Source of the DNA: Macrostomum lignano
Taxonomy: Eukaryota
NCBI GenBank assembly: GCA_002269645.1
Contig: NIVC01001280.1
Span: 1-64,000 of the forward strand
Reading direction: 5' to 3'
Length of the DNA stretch: 64,000 nt
In this document: positions 21,103 through 31,481 of the stretch, one piece after another
How positions within the stretch are numbered: the stretch's first letter is position 1
Layout of the letters: each line of letters begins with the position of its first letter
Translations under genes and position numbers: made by a program
Notes under the pieces: generated by a model
Told to the model about the DNA's origin: nothing
Database searches by the model: none
What the model saw: only the letters and a program-made list of their open reading frames with translations

Positions 21103-23253
21103 TATCAGGGGCTGGTCAGGAGCAAAAGCAGAAGCAATGAGCAGAACATGAAGCAAAAGCAATGCTGATGCAGCAGTTAAAGAAAATTGCTGAAGCAAAA
21201 GCAGAAAAAAGTGAAGAGAAAAAGTAAGCAAAGCGAGTAGATGCGGCTGGTTAGCCAATGAGAAGATTGGAAAGAGTGCTAGGCTGTTGAAGGCTCGGCT
21301 CCGAGCGCTGGGTGGGATTGAAAACGAGCGCCTGGGGTGTGCAAATGTTGAGTGAGAGCTACACCGATGAAAGCTGTGGTATTTGTTTAAGAAGCACTGG
21401 TAGCCCAGCCACTCCCAGATGAGTGACAGGTCGAGGCGTCCAAGAAGGGGGCGATGGCTGCTCAACAAGTCTCGAGGCGATGCCGAGGGTAGAGAAGAAA
21501 CCACAGAGATCTAAGATGGGCTACTCAGCTGTTAATTAGCCGTGACAGGGCAGAAAAGGCTGTTCAAGAGACTGGGCGACCCAGACAGCTCGGAATATGA
21601 AGTCCAGAGTCCAGACAGAATGGAGTATACGGACCTGGGTTCAAGGCCACCCAGGTATCCAAGACACTTGCAAGTGTTTCTACGATTCCAATCAAAACTG
21701 CATGCCACCCTGGGTAAAGTGGCAAAGAGCAAATCTGTTGTTCCAGCAAAGCGGCTATAGACCGCTGCAGTTTTGTAACTTTTAAAGTACGTACAGACTT
21801 AACGAAAACAAAAAACATTTGAAAAGCCGAGTGATTTCCTAGCATTTTGCACGTTTGGAAGTCTCCAGTAGTACTATTGCAAGCTGCAGGAGGCATCTTC
21901 TGGCGGGGGAGACCGCCCATTCCGCTAGCCCCTGTCGATCAATGACTTCCATCGAAGCGATGTCGCTCAGGGAGACCAGTCAGTCTCGCCTGCAGCGCGG
22001 TCCTCTTCAACGGCGGTGGGGAAGAAGAACTCAGTTCGTCGCGTGTCCCTGAGGTACCGGGCGAGCAGGGGTATGCTCTCGGGCCTGCAAACATCTGAGA
22101 CAACCGGGTTTGGCCCGAGGTGAGTGAGCCTGGCCCTGGCGAAGACCGTGCAGCTGCAGATAAAGTGCTCGGGTCTTCACTGCCTGAGCGGCGGAAGGTT
22201 TACCGCTCCTTGGGTATTTGGCCCTGAAGGAAGCGGTGGCCAGAGAGGCGGCCATGCTCGGAGAGGGCCATGCTAACTGCTTTAAGATCCCTGCAGTTGA
22301 GCCTAAGGAGGGCTCTGCGCAGGAGAAGGGAGGGACAAGTGCGGGCAGTACGGGATTGCCCGAAATTCTGGGTGTCGTGCCATCTGCGGAGATGCTCGGA
22401 GTCAGCCCAGCACCTGGCACGGGAGTTGATCACCGAGGCGGTGATGGGGGCCCAGAAACGCACCGGCGGAGCCAGCCAGCAGGTCACCGCGCTCGTTGTC
22501 GAGGAAACCAGCGTGGCCCGGGATCCATTTGAGCTCAACTTGGTTGCCTAGCGCAAGCCCGTTGAGCTGGGCGTTGCAGTACAAGACAGATTTAAAGCTG
22601 TGCAGCGGCAAAGGGCCCGAAAGGCTGCATGGCTGTCACACTGAAAAATTAATTTCCGACCGCTAAGCTGCCTTTCGCGTAGCTCTGCCGCGCAGGAGCT
22701 GATGGCAAGCACCTCGCTCTAAAAAACACTGGAGTTGAGCTCCACACCGCTTCTCTCTTGATGAGGACGCATGCTCCGAAGCCAGAAAGACCATGCCTAA
22801 TTGAGCCACTCACCTATACCTTTTGCTCAGGAGAAGGGTGGCTGGGATCGAGACCGTGAGGATGTTGAGCCCACCACACTCCTCGAGAGTCTTGAGGCAG
22901 AGGTCAGAGTGTGGGATTAGCGACCGCTTTTTAAAGGCCCGCAATTTTTGAAGGCCACCTCAGGATCCAAAAGGCGCCGGTTGCTCTTCGCCGCCTCTCC
23001 TTTGATATAAATATACAGAGGAGGGGCACTGAGAAAGGAATTCATGCCTTTCAGGAATTCAAGTCGAGGTTGCACTTGACGCTCAGGCCGCTAGCCGGTG
23101 GCATGAAAGGCCGGCGTAACTGATTGAGGGCGGATAATGGCAGTGTAAATCCACCACAGCTTCCTGGGGGTGAACCCCCAAGCGGTGCCCACGGCGCGCC
23201 TGATCTGAGCCAGGACAACCAGGGCTTTTTAGGTTTAGCTTGGGTGTGGGAGG

Positions 23254-23507
23254 CATACATGCGCGACCTCCAAAATTCGGTCGGCCGTGCGACTTAGTTT
23301 TAACAAAAATGCGACGTAGTTGTTGGCCAAAAATGCGACTTACATGTAAAAAACGCAATTAACGCAACTTTGGGTAAACGGCAGGAGTAACTATGACTGT
23401 CTTATAAAGCCAAAATGTCTCGTCAGCTACTTAGTACTACTACTTGGTGTTTTTCAGGTGGGCATTTTTGCGACTTCCATGACTCGGCCGACTGTTGCGC
23501 ATGTATG
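23254..23507. mobile_element. 254-bp non-autonomous DNA transposon (MITE; hAT- or P-like) nested in the LINE
   Basis: 8-bp TSD GTGGGAGG (23246-23253, 23508-23515); TIR CATACATGCGC; subterminal GTCGGCCG and AAAAATGC motifs in inverted orientation; removing it restores the LINE frame AAG TGG ACC TCC CAC ACC. Confidence 0.88.
23372..23435 (+). other. Degenerate 28S rRNA-like fragment (helix 69 / R2 and I-PpoI target region) inside the MITE
   Basis: GGGTAAACGGCAGGAGTAACTATGACTGTCTTATAAAGCCAAAATGTCTCGTCAGCTACTTAGT versus conserved LSU GGGTAAACGGCGGGAGTAACTATGACTCTCTTAAGGTAGCCAAATGCCTCGTCATCTAATTAGT (recalled), roughly 80% identical by eye. Not a functional rRNA gene. Confidence 0.8.
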
Positions 23508-24892
23508 GTGGGAGGTCCACTTAAGCCTCCAGAGTGAGGCCTAGGCAGCGGACCTGCTTCTCCATTGAAATGTTCATTCCATACATCGTAGAGGGCAAGG
23601 GACTTCATGGTTGGTAAGCATAACCGCTGTGGTTTTCGTCTCTGAGATTCTGAGGCCACATTGGTTTGCCTAACGCTTCGCTCGTCCCAGGAAACCTTGC
23701 AGAAGATCTGATGGTGTCGACCGAGGGGCCCACGCATATTGTGGTCACATCATCGGCATAGCCCACCTTGAGAATGGGGTCATGGAGATCACTGCAAAGC
23801 AACTCATCCACGACCATGTTCCAGAGAACAGGGAGGGGTAAGGAACCCGCCCTGAGGGCCCCCTTTCTGGACAGGCGCCGTTAGAGAGCTGCCGTTCAAA
23901 TGGGCCACGACAGTGCGGCTCCAGACCATGAACATGATCCACCGGACAAGGTGAGGGTGGGTGGCCCTGGATTCCAGGGCTCTGCAAAAGGCCTCGAAGA
24001 TGACATTGTCAAAGGCCCCCTCAATGTCCAGAAAAAGCGAGAGGGCATAGCCGCAGCCAAGAACGGCCCTCTCCAGAAGGTCAACGATGACATGGAGGGC
24101 ACTCTCAGTGAACCTGCCCGCGCGGAAAGCGCGCTGGTTCTGTGAGAGTGGGAAGCGCCTCAGCTCGACCGAGAATAGACGTCACAAAGCACCAGCCTTT
24201 CGAGGAGCTTAAAGCAGAAAGAGGTGAGGCTGATAGGCCTGAAGGCCTTCACCGATTGGTAGTCGCTCTTTACAGGCTTGGGAAAAAGACCACCCGGGCC
24301 TCTCTATTGCAAGCTTAAACTTAATAAGTTGATTTGATTCAACGCATCAATCCATTGCATCGCTTTGGTCACTTATCTTGGTTAAAATTTGATTGCAATG
24401 ATTCAATCACATTAAAGTGGCTAAACAATCACAATACGAGCGTAAACTGCTTAAGCTCACGAAGCAATCAGCAATCACGCAATCATCTAGACATTAAGTG
24501 GGAATGATAAAGAATGGTAAATGATAAAGAACTCATGAAAAAATACACGAGTGAAAGAAGGGGTAGTCAAATAAAAAAAAATTAAGCAGTATGCTCCAAA
24601 TTAGATTTGCTGTTTTTCACCATCTCTCACCATATTTTCACCATTTTTCACCATAGAAAACTAGAAAATTTTTGTATTTTGTTCAGAATGCATATACTAA
24701 AGTAAAGTTGTGTTGTTAAGATGGTGAAAATTATCTTGAAAGCCCTTCCTTTTGCCCAAAACTAATTTTGATTAGATATTAACAACAAAGGAACTTTTTT
24801 AAGTCATTGCAGAAGTAAAAAATTTAATTGTCAATACAAAATTTCTATGTTTTCTAGGGTGTGTATTATCTTGTTTGCCACTAGTATAAACT

Positions 24893-25137
24893 TGTGAAAT
24901 TATGAGCCGAGTGATTGTAGTTAGAAGTAGAAAAGGAAGGACACGTGAAACTCTCCACGCGCGGTGTTGTATTTATTTATATTGATTTACTGACTCAGCA
25001 CAGACAGAGATTAGGGGTGGGTGACTGAACAACACCGACACTGGGGTGGCAAAAGTGCACTAGATCTAAAAAATAACAAATAATAATAACTAACTGAGAG
25101 ACCTAGCCAAGCCATACACATAACTAACTATCTGACA
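24893..25137 (-). repeat. 3' LTR (245 bp)
   Basis: Differs from 29158-29402 only at 24898/29163 and 24956/29221; preceded on the minus strand by the PPT AGGGGGGAGA (25138-25147). Confidence 0.96.
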
Positions 25138-25207
25138 TCTCCCCCCTAAAGTTCGAAACATCCCCTAGCAAAGTTCGTTCGAAGTCAGAGTCAGTTCAAA
25201 TTCAGGA

Positions 25208-28200
25208 TCAAAGTTGCAGGCGTTCAGGTGGCTGCCTCCGACGCTGCGGATAGCGCCTCGCCGGACTGCTCGGCCGGTCAGCGGCGGCGGTGGCCGCGTC
25301 ATCCTGCGGCGCGTCATTGCCGCCGTCGCCTTCGCTTGGCTCGGTGGGCAGCGAATGCGGTTCATCGGAGACAGCGGCCGGCGTCACCGGGTCGGCCTCT
25401 GGCAGCGAGCTCGTCAGCAGCTGGTCCGTGTGCCGCCGATGGAGAGCGCCGCCGACCTCAACGTCACAGTTGCGGGATCCAGCGGACACGACGCTGCCCT
25501 CCGCCCAGCGGGTGCCGCCGCCAGCCCTAGCGTTGGAGCTGAAGTCGCGCAGTAGAACTCGGTCGCCGACTTGAAACTCGCGCGCATGCGGCTGCTGCTC
25601 GACCTGCCGCTCTTGGTGCTGCTGCATGCTGCTCGTCAGCGATGGCATCAGCAGGTCCAGCCGACTGCGCAGTCTGCGGCCGATGAGCAGCTGGCTGGGA
25701 GCTTCGCCGGTGATCGAGTGCGGCGTGTTGCGGTAGGACAGCAGCATCTGCTGCAGTGCCGCCGTCGAGTGCCCGCTCTTGAGCAGATGTCGCTTGAGCA
25801 CCTGAACGAATCTCTCCGCTTGGCCGTTCGTTGCCGGATGGAACGGCGCCGAGAAAACATGCCGAATGCCGTTGCGCCTTGTGAACTCGCCGAACTCCGC
25901 GGAGGTGAACTGCGTGCCGTTGTCGGAGACCAACACCCGGGGAATGCCCAGTCTGGCGAAGACCTCGCGGAGTCGCTCGATGGTGGCAGCAGACGTAACG
26001 CTGTGCACCTGATGAACCTCCGGCCACTTGCTGAAGGCGTCCACGATGACCAGGTACGTGCGACCGTTAACGGGGCCGGCGAAGTCCAGGTGCAGCCTCG
26101 CCCAAGGTTCAGCAGGAAACGGCCACGGTTGCACCGGCGCTTTGGGCGGGTCGGCCTGGTTCAGCATGCAGGTCCGGCACGACTTGACGGTCATCGCAAG
26201 CTGCTCGTCCAGGCCGGGCCACCAGACGTAGCTGCGGGCTAGCGCTCGCATGCGGTTGATGCCGGGATGCGCCTGGTGCAGCTCGTCCAGCACGCCTTGT
26301 CGCAGAGCCGCGGGCACCACGACGCGGGCGCCCCACAGCACCCAGCCTTGTTCAACGCTCAGCTCGTCCTGGCGCCTCGAGAAGTCGATGAGATCGGCGC
26401 CAGCCATTGGCGCGCCAGTCTGCAGACAGCGAAGCACCCGGCCGAGAATGGCATCCGAGCGAGTGCTGCGCGCGACCGCCTGAGCCGTTATGGCGGACCC
26501 GGTCTCCTCATCCAGTAGCAGGGCGTTGACGGCCGGCTCTTCCTCAAACTGCCTCGGCAATGGCAGCCGGGACAGAGAGTCGCAGTTGGCGTGCTTGCTG
26601 GTGGGCCGGAACTCCAGCGAGTAGTCGTAACCGGCCAAACGGATCGCCCAGCGCTGCATGCGAGCCGCGGCGTGCTCTGGAATCGCCTTGTTTTCACCGA
26701 GAAGTCCTAGGAGCGGCTTGTGGTCGGTCACGATGACGAACTTGCGGCCTTGGAGGAACTGATTGAAGCGCTGGAGGCCGAACATGATCGCTAGCGCCTC
26801 CTTTTCTAACTGCGAGTAGCCCTTTTGAGCCGTCGTCAGGCTGCGACTTGCGAAGGCAGTGGCTCGGTCCTGGCCGTCCACTCGGTGCGTCAGCACCACG
26901 CCGAGACCATAGGGGCTGGCGTCGCACTCTAGCCGCAGCGGCAGCTTGGCGTCATAATGCATCAGCACCGGAGACTCGAGCAGAAGACGCTTGGACTTCT
27001 CGAAGGCTATCTGCTGAGGCTCCCCCCACGTCCAGCGCGTGTTCTTAGTCAGCAGCTGATTCAGGGGAGCGACAACCGTGGACAGATGAGGCAGAAATTT
27101 GCCGTAGTGCGTCAACATGCCCAAATAAGCTCGGAGTTGACTGCAGTCTGCGGGTGGCGGGGCGTCCTGCACCGCCTTCACCTTCTCTGTCAGCGGCCGC
27201 AGTCCGTTGCTGTCGATCCGGTGGCCCAGATACTCGACCGAATCGCGGAACAACTCGCACTTGTCTTTGTTCAGCCGTAGGCCCGCCTCCCGTAGGCGCT
27301 GAAGGACCTTGATGAGATTCTCGCGATGATGCTGCAGCGTCTTGCCCGTCACCAGGATGTCGTCCACAAAGACTTGCACAGACTCTAGGTCACCGAGCAG
27401 CGAGTCTAGCGTGCGCTGGAATACCGCACTGGCGCAGTTGATGCCGAACGGCATGCGGTTCAGCTGGTACAGGCCTCGCTGCGTGTTGATGGTCAAGAAG
27501 GGCTTGCTGTCCTCAGACAATGGCAGCTGCAGGAAGGCGTTTGACATGTCCAGCTTGGACCATTTGCAGCCGCCACCCAGCTTTGCAAATAAGTCCTCAA
27601 TGCGCGGCAGTGGGTACAGCTCCGGCCTGGACTCTGCGTTGTAGGTGAGCTTGTAGTCGCCGCAGATCCTCACCGAACCGTCCTTCTTGACAACAGGCAC
27701 AATTGGCGCAGCCCAGTCGGAATGTTTGACTGGCGTGATGATGCCGTCAGTCTCCATCCGTCGAAGTTCCTGATCGACGCGCTCCCATAGTGCATAGGGG
27801 ACCGGTCTGGCCTTGAAAAAGCGCGGCTTCGCCTCAGTCGGCATGTGCAGTTTCACCTCGCCGTGCCGATAGGTGCCAAGGCCGCCTTGGAAGACCTCGG
27901 GGAACTGCGCGAGCAGATCAGCTGCTTGTCCGGTCACTGAGTTGACCTGACCAAGGATCGTCGGCCAGTCCAATCTCAGCTGCGTCAGCCAGTCGCGACC
28001 CAGTAGTGCGACATCGCCTTGCTCGACCACAAGCAGCGTCAACCGCCGATCTTGGCCATTATGCTGAACTGCGACCTCTGCCTGTCCGATGGGTCGAAAG
28101 CTCTCGCCCGTGTAGGTGCGCAGCACCGTGGATGTCGGCGACAGACGGAGACCCGGCAGGACATCCTCTTGGAGACTCTTCGGGATGACGGTGAGGGCGG

Positions 28201-29143
28201 AGCCGGTATCCACCTCGAAGCGACATGGCTTGCCTTGGAGCAGCAGCTCGACCGCCAGACCCTTGCTCGATCCGCTCTGCCTAATGCTGAAGAGGGGCTC
28301 CTGCTGCTCAGACGGCTCTGGGTCCAGCTTGTGCAGCTTTGAAGACCTGCACACCTTGCGGATGTGCCCGACTTTGCCGCAGTTATGGCACTTGGCCTCA
28401 CGAAGCTTGCACTGCTGCCGACTGTGGGCGCCGCCGCAGCTTGCACACGCGCCTGAGGCAGCAGCTGACCGCATAGCGTTGGCTTGAGCTCCGGGCGGCT
28501 GCCGGGGAGCCTGCTTGTTGAATTTGTTGAGCTCTTTGGGCGCAGCGGGCTTCTTGTGGAGACGCAGGTGGGCAACTGCTTCAGCACGGTGCGCCATCTC
28601 CGACGACGATTTCTCCGCTGCCTCCAATGCGTCGACTCTGGCCACGAGCGTCTTGAAGTCGGGCTGTTCGATCTCCAGCAGCTTTGCACGGTGCACGTCA
28701 CTGCGGAGACCGAAGACAAACTGGTCGCGCAGTCTCTCGTCCAGAGTGCTGATGCAGTGGGATCCGTCTGACCCGTCCAGAGTGAACTCAAATTTGCAAT
28801 GCTCCGAGGCAGCCTTTAGGCCAGCAATAAAGTCCGCGAGACTCTCGCCGGGCTTCTGCACGCGCTGTTGAAAGCGGAATCTGGCGGATAACATTGACGT
28901 CTTGGGAGAGTAATGTGCCCTCAAGACAGCAGCTAAGTCTGAGTATGACTTGGAGGTCACCGTTTCCGGCAGGCACAGATTCCGAAGAACCTTGTAAGCG
29001 TCTTCTCCGATGGCGGTCACCAGCGTGGCGACCTTCGCCTCGTCTCGGACTTCTTTACAGATGAAGTATTGTTCGAGCCTCTCTAGGTATACCTCAATGT
29101 CAGAGTTTGCAGAGAGTTCTGGAATTCTACCAGTTGTAGCCAT
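25208..29143 (-). CDS. Gag-Pol polyprotein, 1311 aa (gag with two zinc knuckles, protease, RT, RNase H, integrase)
   Basis: CASCGGAHSRQQC and CHNCGKVGHIRKVC; VDTGS; YPLPRIEDLF, SKLDMSNAF, FVDD; CDASPYG, QLEKEALA; HQAHPG...CRTC, LDFAGP, SDNGTQF, NGQAER; PR-RT-RH-IN order. Confidence 0.97.
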   Translation of the reverse strand: MATTGRIPELSANSDIEVYLERLEQYFICKEVRDEAKVATLVTAIGEDAYKVLRNLCLPETVTSKSYSDLAAVLRAHYSPKTSMLSARFRFQQRVQKPGESLADFIAGLKAASEHCKFEFTLDGSDGSHCISTLDERLRDQFVFGLRSDVHRAKLLEIEQPDFKTLVARVDALEAAEKSSSEMAHRAEAVAHLRLHKKPAAPKELNKFNKQAPRQPPGAQANAMRSAAASGACASCGGAHSRQQCKLREAKCHNCGKVGHIRKVCRSSKLHKLDPEPSEQQEPLFSIRQSGSSKGLAVELLLQGKPCRFEVDTGSALTVIPKSLQEDVLPGLRLSPTSTVLRTYTGESFRPIGQAEVAVQHNGQDRRLTLLVVEQGDVALLGRDWLTQLRLDWPTILGQVNSVTGQAADLLAQFPEVFQGGLGTYRHGEVKLHMPTEAKPRFFKARPVPYALWERVDQELRRMETDGIITPVKHSDWAAPIVPVVKKDGSVRICGDYKLTYNAESRPELYPLPRIEDLFAKLGGGCKWSKLDMSNAFLQLPLSEDSKPFLTINTQRGLYQLNRMPFGINCASAVFQRTLDSLLGDLESVQVFVDDILVTGKTLQHHRENLIKVLQRLREAGLRLNKDKCELFRDSVEYLGHRIDSNGLRPLTEKVKAVQDAPPPADCSQLRAYLGMLTHYGKFLPHLSTVVAPLNQLLTKNTRWTWGEPQQIAFEKSKRLLLESPVLMHYDAKLPLRLECDASPYGLGVVLTHRVDGQDRATAFASRSLTTAQKGYSQLEKEALAIMFGLQRFNQFLQGRKFVIVTDHKPLLGLLGENKAIPEHAAARMQRWAIRLAGYDYSLEFRPTSKHANCDSLSRLPLPRQFEEEPAVNALLLDEETGSAITAQAVARSTRSDAILGRVLRCLQTGAPMAGADLIDFSRRQDELSVEQGWVLWGARVVVPAALRQGVLDELHQAHPGINRMRALARSYVWWPGLDEQLAMTVKSCRTCMLNQADPPKAPVQPWPFPAEPWARLHLDFAGPVNGRTYLVIVDAFSKWPEVHQVHSVTSAATIERLREVFARLGIPRVLVSDNGTQFTSAEFGEFTRRNGIRHVFSAPFHPATNGQAERFVQVLKRHLLKSGHSTAALQQMLLSYRNTPHSITGEAPSQLLIGRRLRSRLDLLMPSLTSSMQQHQERQVEQQPHAREFQVGDRVLLRDFSSNARAGGGTRWAEGSVVSAGSRNCDVEVGGALHRRHTDQLLTSSLPEADPVTPAAVSDEPHSLPTEPSEGDGGNDAPQDDAATAAADRPSSPARRYPQRRRQPPERLQL

Positions 29144-29146
29144 TTT

Positions 29147-29156
29147 CTCGTCGCCA
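29147..29156 (-). other. Primer-binding site TGGCGACGAG (tRNA-Ser-like)
   Basis: 1 nt inside the 5' LTR; complementary to the ...CUCGUCGCCA 3' end typical of eukaryotic tRNA-Ser(GCU); gag ATG follows after AAA. Confidence 0.8.
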
Positions 29157-29157
29157 A

Positions 29158-29402
29158 TGTGAGATTATGAGCCGAGTGATTGTAGTTAGAAGTAGAAAAG
29201 GAAGGACACGTGAAACTCTCTACGCGCGGTGTTGTATTTATTTATATTGATTTACTGACTCAGCACAGACAGAGATTAGGGGTGGGTGACTGAACAACAC
29301 CGACACTGGGGTGGCAAAAGTGCACTAGATCTAAAAAATAACAAATAATAATAACTAACTGAGAGACCTAGCCAAGCCATACACATAACTAACTATCTGA
29401 CA
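29158..29402 (-). repeat. 5' LTR (245 bp)
   Basis: TGTCA...TCACA on the minus strand; contains AATAAA; near-identical to the 3' LTR. Confidence 0.96.
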
Positions 29403-31226
29403 AAACTCAAATGCTTATTGAAATACTTTTATATTATATAAATGATTTAAAAACAAACATACATAAAGCATTTTCTTGATGTATAAAATTTTAATACATC
29501 AATCAGTAGCCAATTTTTTAATAATTACTTTAGAAAATGAGTAACTTAGTAGCACTATGAGCAAATAGCTTTTAATATTAAAAATAATCATCGAAATAGT
29601 AATTTGAGGACCTTTTGAATTTTAGGCATATAAAAAGCAGTTCTAGTTTCAATAATAATGCAATTTGTATTGACTTGAGGGTGTTTCTGATGATGATTTC
29701 AAATTTAAGCCTCATTTCTATATAGCTTGAGCCCAAATCCATGTAGCTTGAAACTAACTACTGAGACATATGAAGTTTAAAGATAAGAAGATTTTTATGG
29801 GGATTTATTTTATATACCTAATCTTCAATCTTCATGGAGCCCTACTGAAGTTTAGGTGTAATTCAGACCCCTGAGGACTACCTAGTAGTAATCATTAAGG
29901 TTAATGACCAACTATTAAGGCATTTGGCATTGGGGGTTTAGGGTAAAGTAGAGTCTTCATGGGGGCCAATTTTATACATCTAAGTTCAAGATGTCCAAAT
30001 TTGGGTAGGTCTAATAGTGAAGTCGAAAAACAATACATTACTGAGAAGAAGCAGTAGGGCCTAGCAGGCATGCTAATAGATTTTACCGTATTCACTATAT
30101 TCAAAAAGAGAAAGAGCAAAATTGAAACTAGAATTAGGAAATGCATTATTAGGTTTATGCTTACAATAATACAATGATTTTCACAAACCAATAAGTATTC
30201 AAGCTAACAAGAAAAAATCCTAGTACAAAAGAAGAGTTGAATTTTTATTATCTAGAAATTGTCAAAATACTTAGTCTTTTATAAATTTTTTGTGCAATTG
30301 GGTATTGGGTTTCTGACAACTTTATAATATATACAGAAACAAAAGAGAAAGCAAAATACTTTTGATACTTTTGCAAGTATCAATAATATATCCACTTGTA
30401 TGATATATTTTTTAATTTGTCTTTGGGTCTGATAAATAGTAAGACAGGTAGTGCTATGACTTGTGTATCTATAAAATTTTAAAGCGAGCAAACATTTTTA
30501 CTCAGGTGGTATTGAATTAAATAAAAACTGATGGTCAAACCTGCCATCAAAATTAAAATAATCATAATCCTGGCATTTTATTTTAATTTTCTATAATATA
30601 ATATACTAGTCAAAGACAATAGCCGGCCGCATTGAATACGAGAAAAATGTTCGACTTTAAACACGTGTTGATTTTCTGTAATGCTTAAAATTGGATGCCA
30701 TATTGAATTTAGTGCATTATATTATTTCACTTTTAGAGTAGGTATTATTGAAATAATTTAACTTATTTAGTATATCTTTTACTACAATGTGCGGAATCTT
30801 GGAATGAAAAAATATTTTGTTTAATAGCTACGAGGAATGTGATCCGGAATGGTTAAGAATTTCGCTGGCAAGGAATAGTGCAAGGGCGGATTTAGAGAGC
30901 ACGGGCGGTCGCCCTTCGAAATTTTGAATGTTCGCCCCCTTAAAAATGTACAAGCTTACTTCCTGCTTTAGATATTCGTTTATATATTTAACGCTTTTTT
31001 AAACATTCTATAAGCTAAGTCAGTCGAGAGTTGTACACTGCATTCCAACAGTCAGTGCAGGATGTGCTGCTGCTGACACTGCAGGCACCCTACCGGCGAG
31101 GATAGGCACGCACTCGGCGTTTCATCGACTGTCTGCTCGCTGACACCGCGGCGCCCCGGAGGCCGGCCCTGTAACGCTGCTCACTTAAAAACTCAAATGA
31201 GTTTTTTGTTGTTTTTGCTGTTGTTC

Positions 31227-31481
31227 TTGTTGTTGTTTGCTGCGGAGAGTGACAACCTTAGGCCGAGATCCGGTTGAGGGCACCGAGGAGTCGCGCCAAC
31301 AAGTGACCAACGGCCAGGTCGAAACCACTGGGCGGAGACCTTGGGGCTCTTGTGCACTTGGTGTCCGAGATTCCGGCTCTCTTCGACGTCCAGGACGGAC
31401 GCCTCCCCTCCGCGACGAAGACGCGGCGCTGGGTAGGAGCTGGAGCCAAGGCTCCAGGTTCGCCGTACACGAGAACGGGTG
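31227..31481 (-). mobile_element. Short 3' fragment of a probable RTE-type LINE with a (CAA)n tail
   Basis: GC-rich 255-bp insert with a (CAA)-rich end and residual coding (LVYGEP..., GRWSLVGATPRCPQPDLG), between near-perfect 24-bp direct repeats (31203-31226, 31482-31505). Confidence 0.5.

Larger units (their letters stand above)
21886..24303 (-). mobile_element. Decayed, 5'-truncated non-LTR retrotransposon (RT plus RNase H, LOA/R1-like, I group)
   Basis: Fragmented minus-strand motifs [70 protein letters not shown]; many frameshifts and stops; flanked by the direct repeat CTATTGCAAGCT (21874-21885, 24304-24315). Confidence 0.85.
24893..29402 (-). mobile_element. Full-length Ty3/Gypsy LTR retrotransposon, Mag-like clade
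   Basis: Two 245-bp TG...CA LTRs, 5-bp TSD AAACT (24888-24892, 29403-29407), PBS, PPT and an uninterrupted gag-pol ORF. Confidence 0.97.

Noticed and set aside
23372-23435. Functional rRNA gene
   Set aside because: Only ~64 nt, degenerate, with no flanking rDNA, and enclosed within a TIR/TSD-bounded element.
30881-31172. Possible hAT MITE (CAAGGGCGG ... CCGGCCCTG ends)
   Set aside because: The ends are not proper reverse complements and no 8-bp TSD is present.
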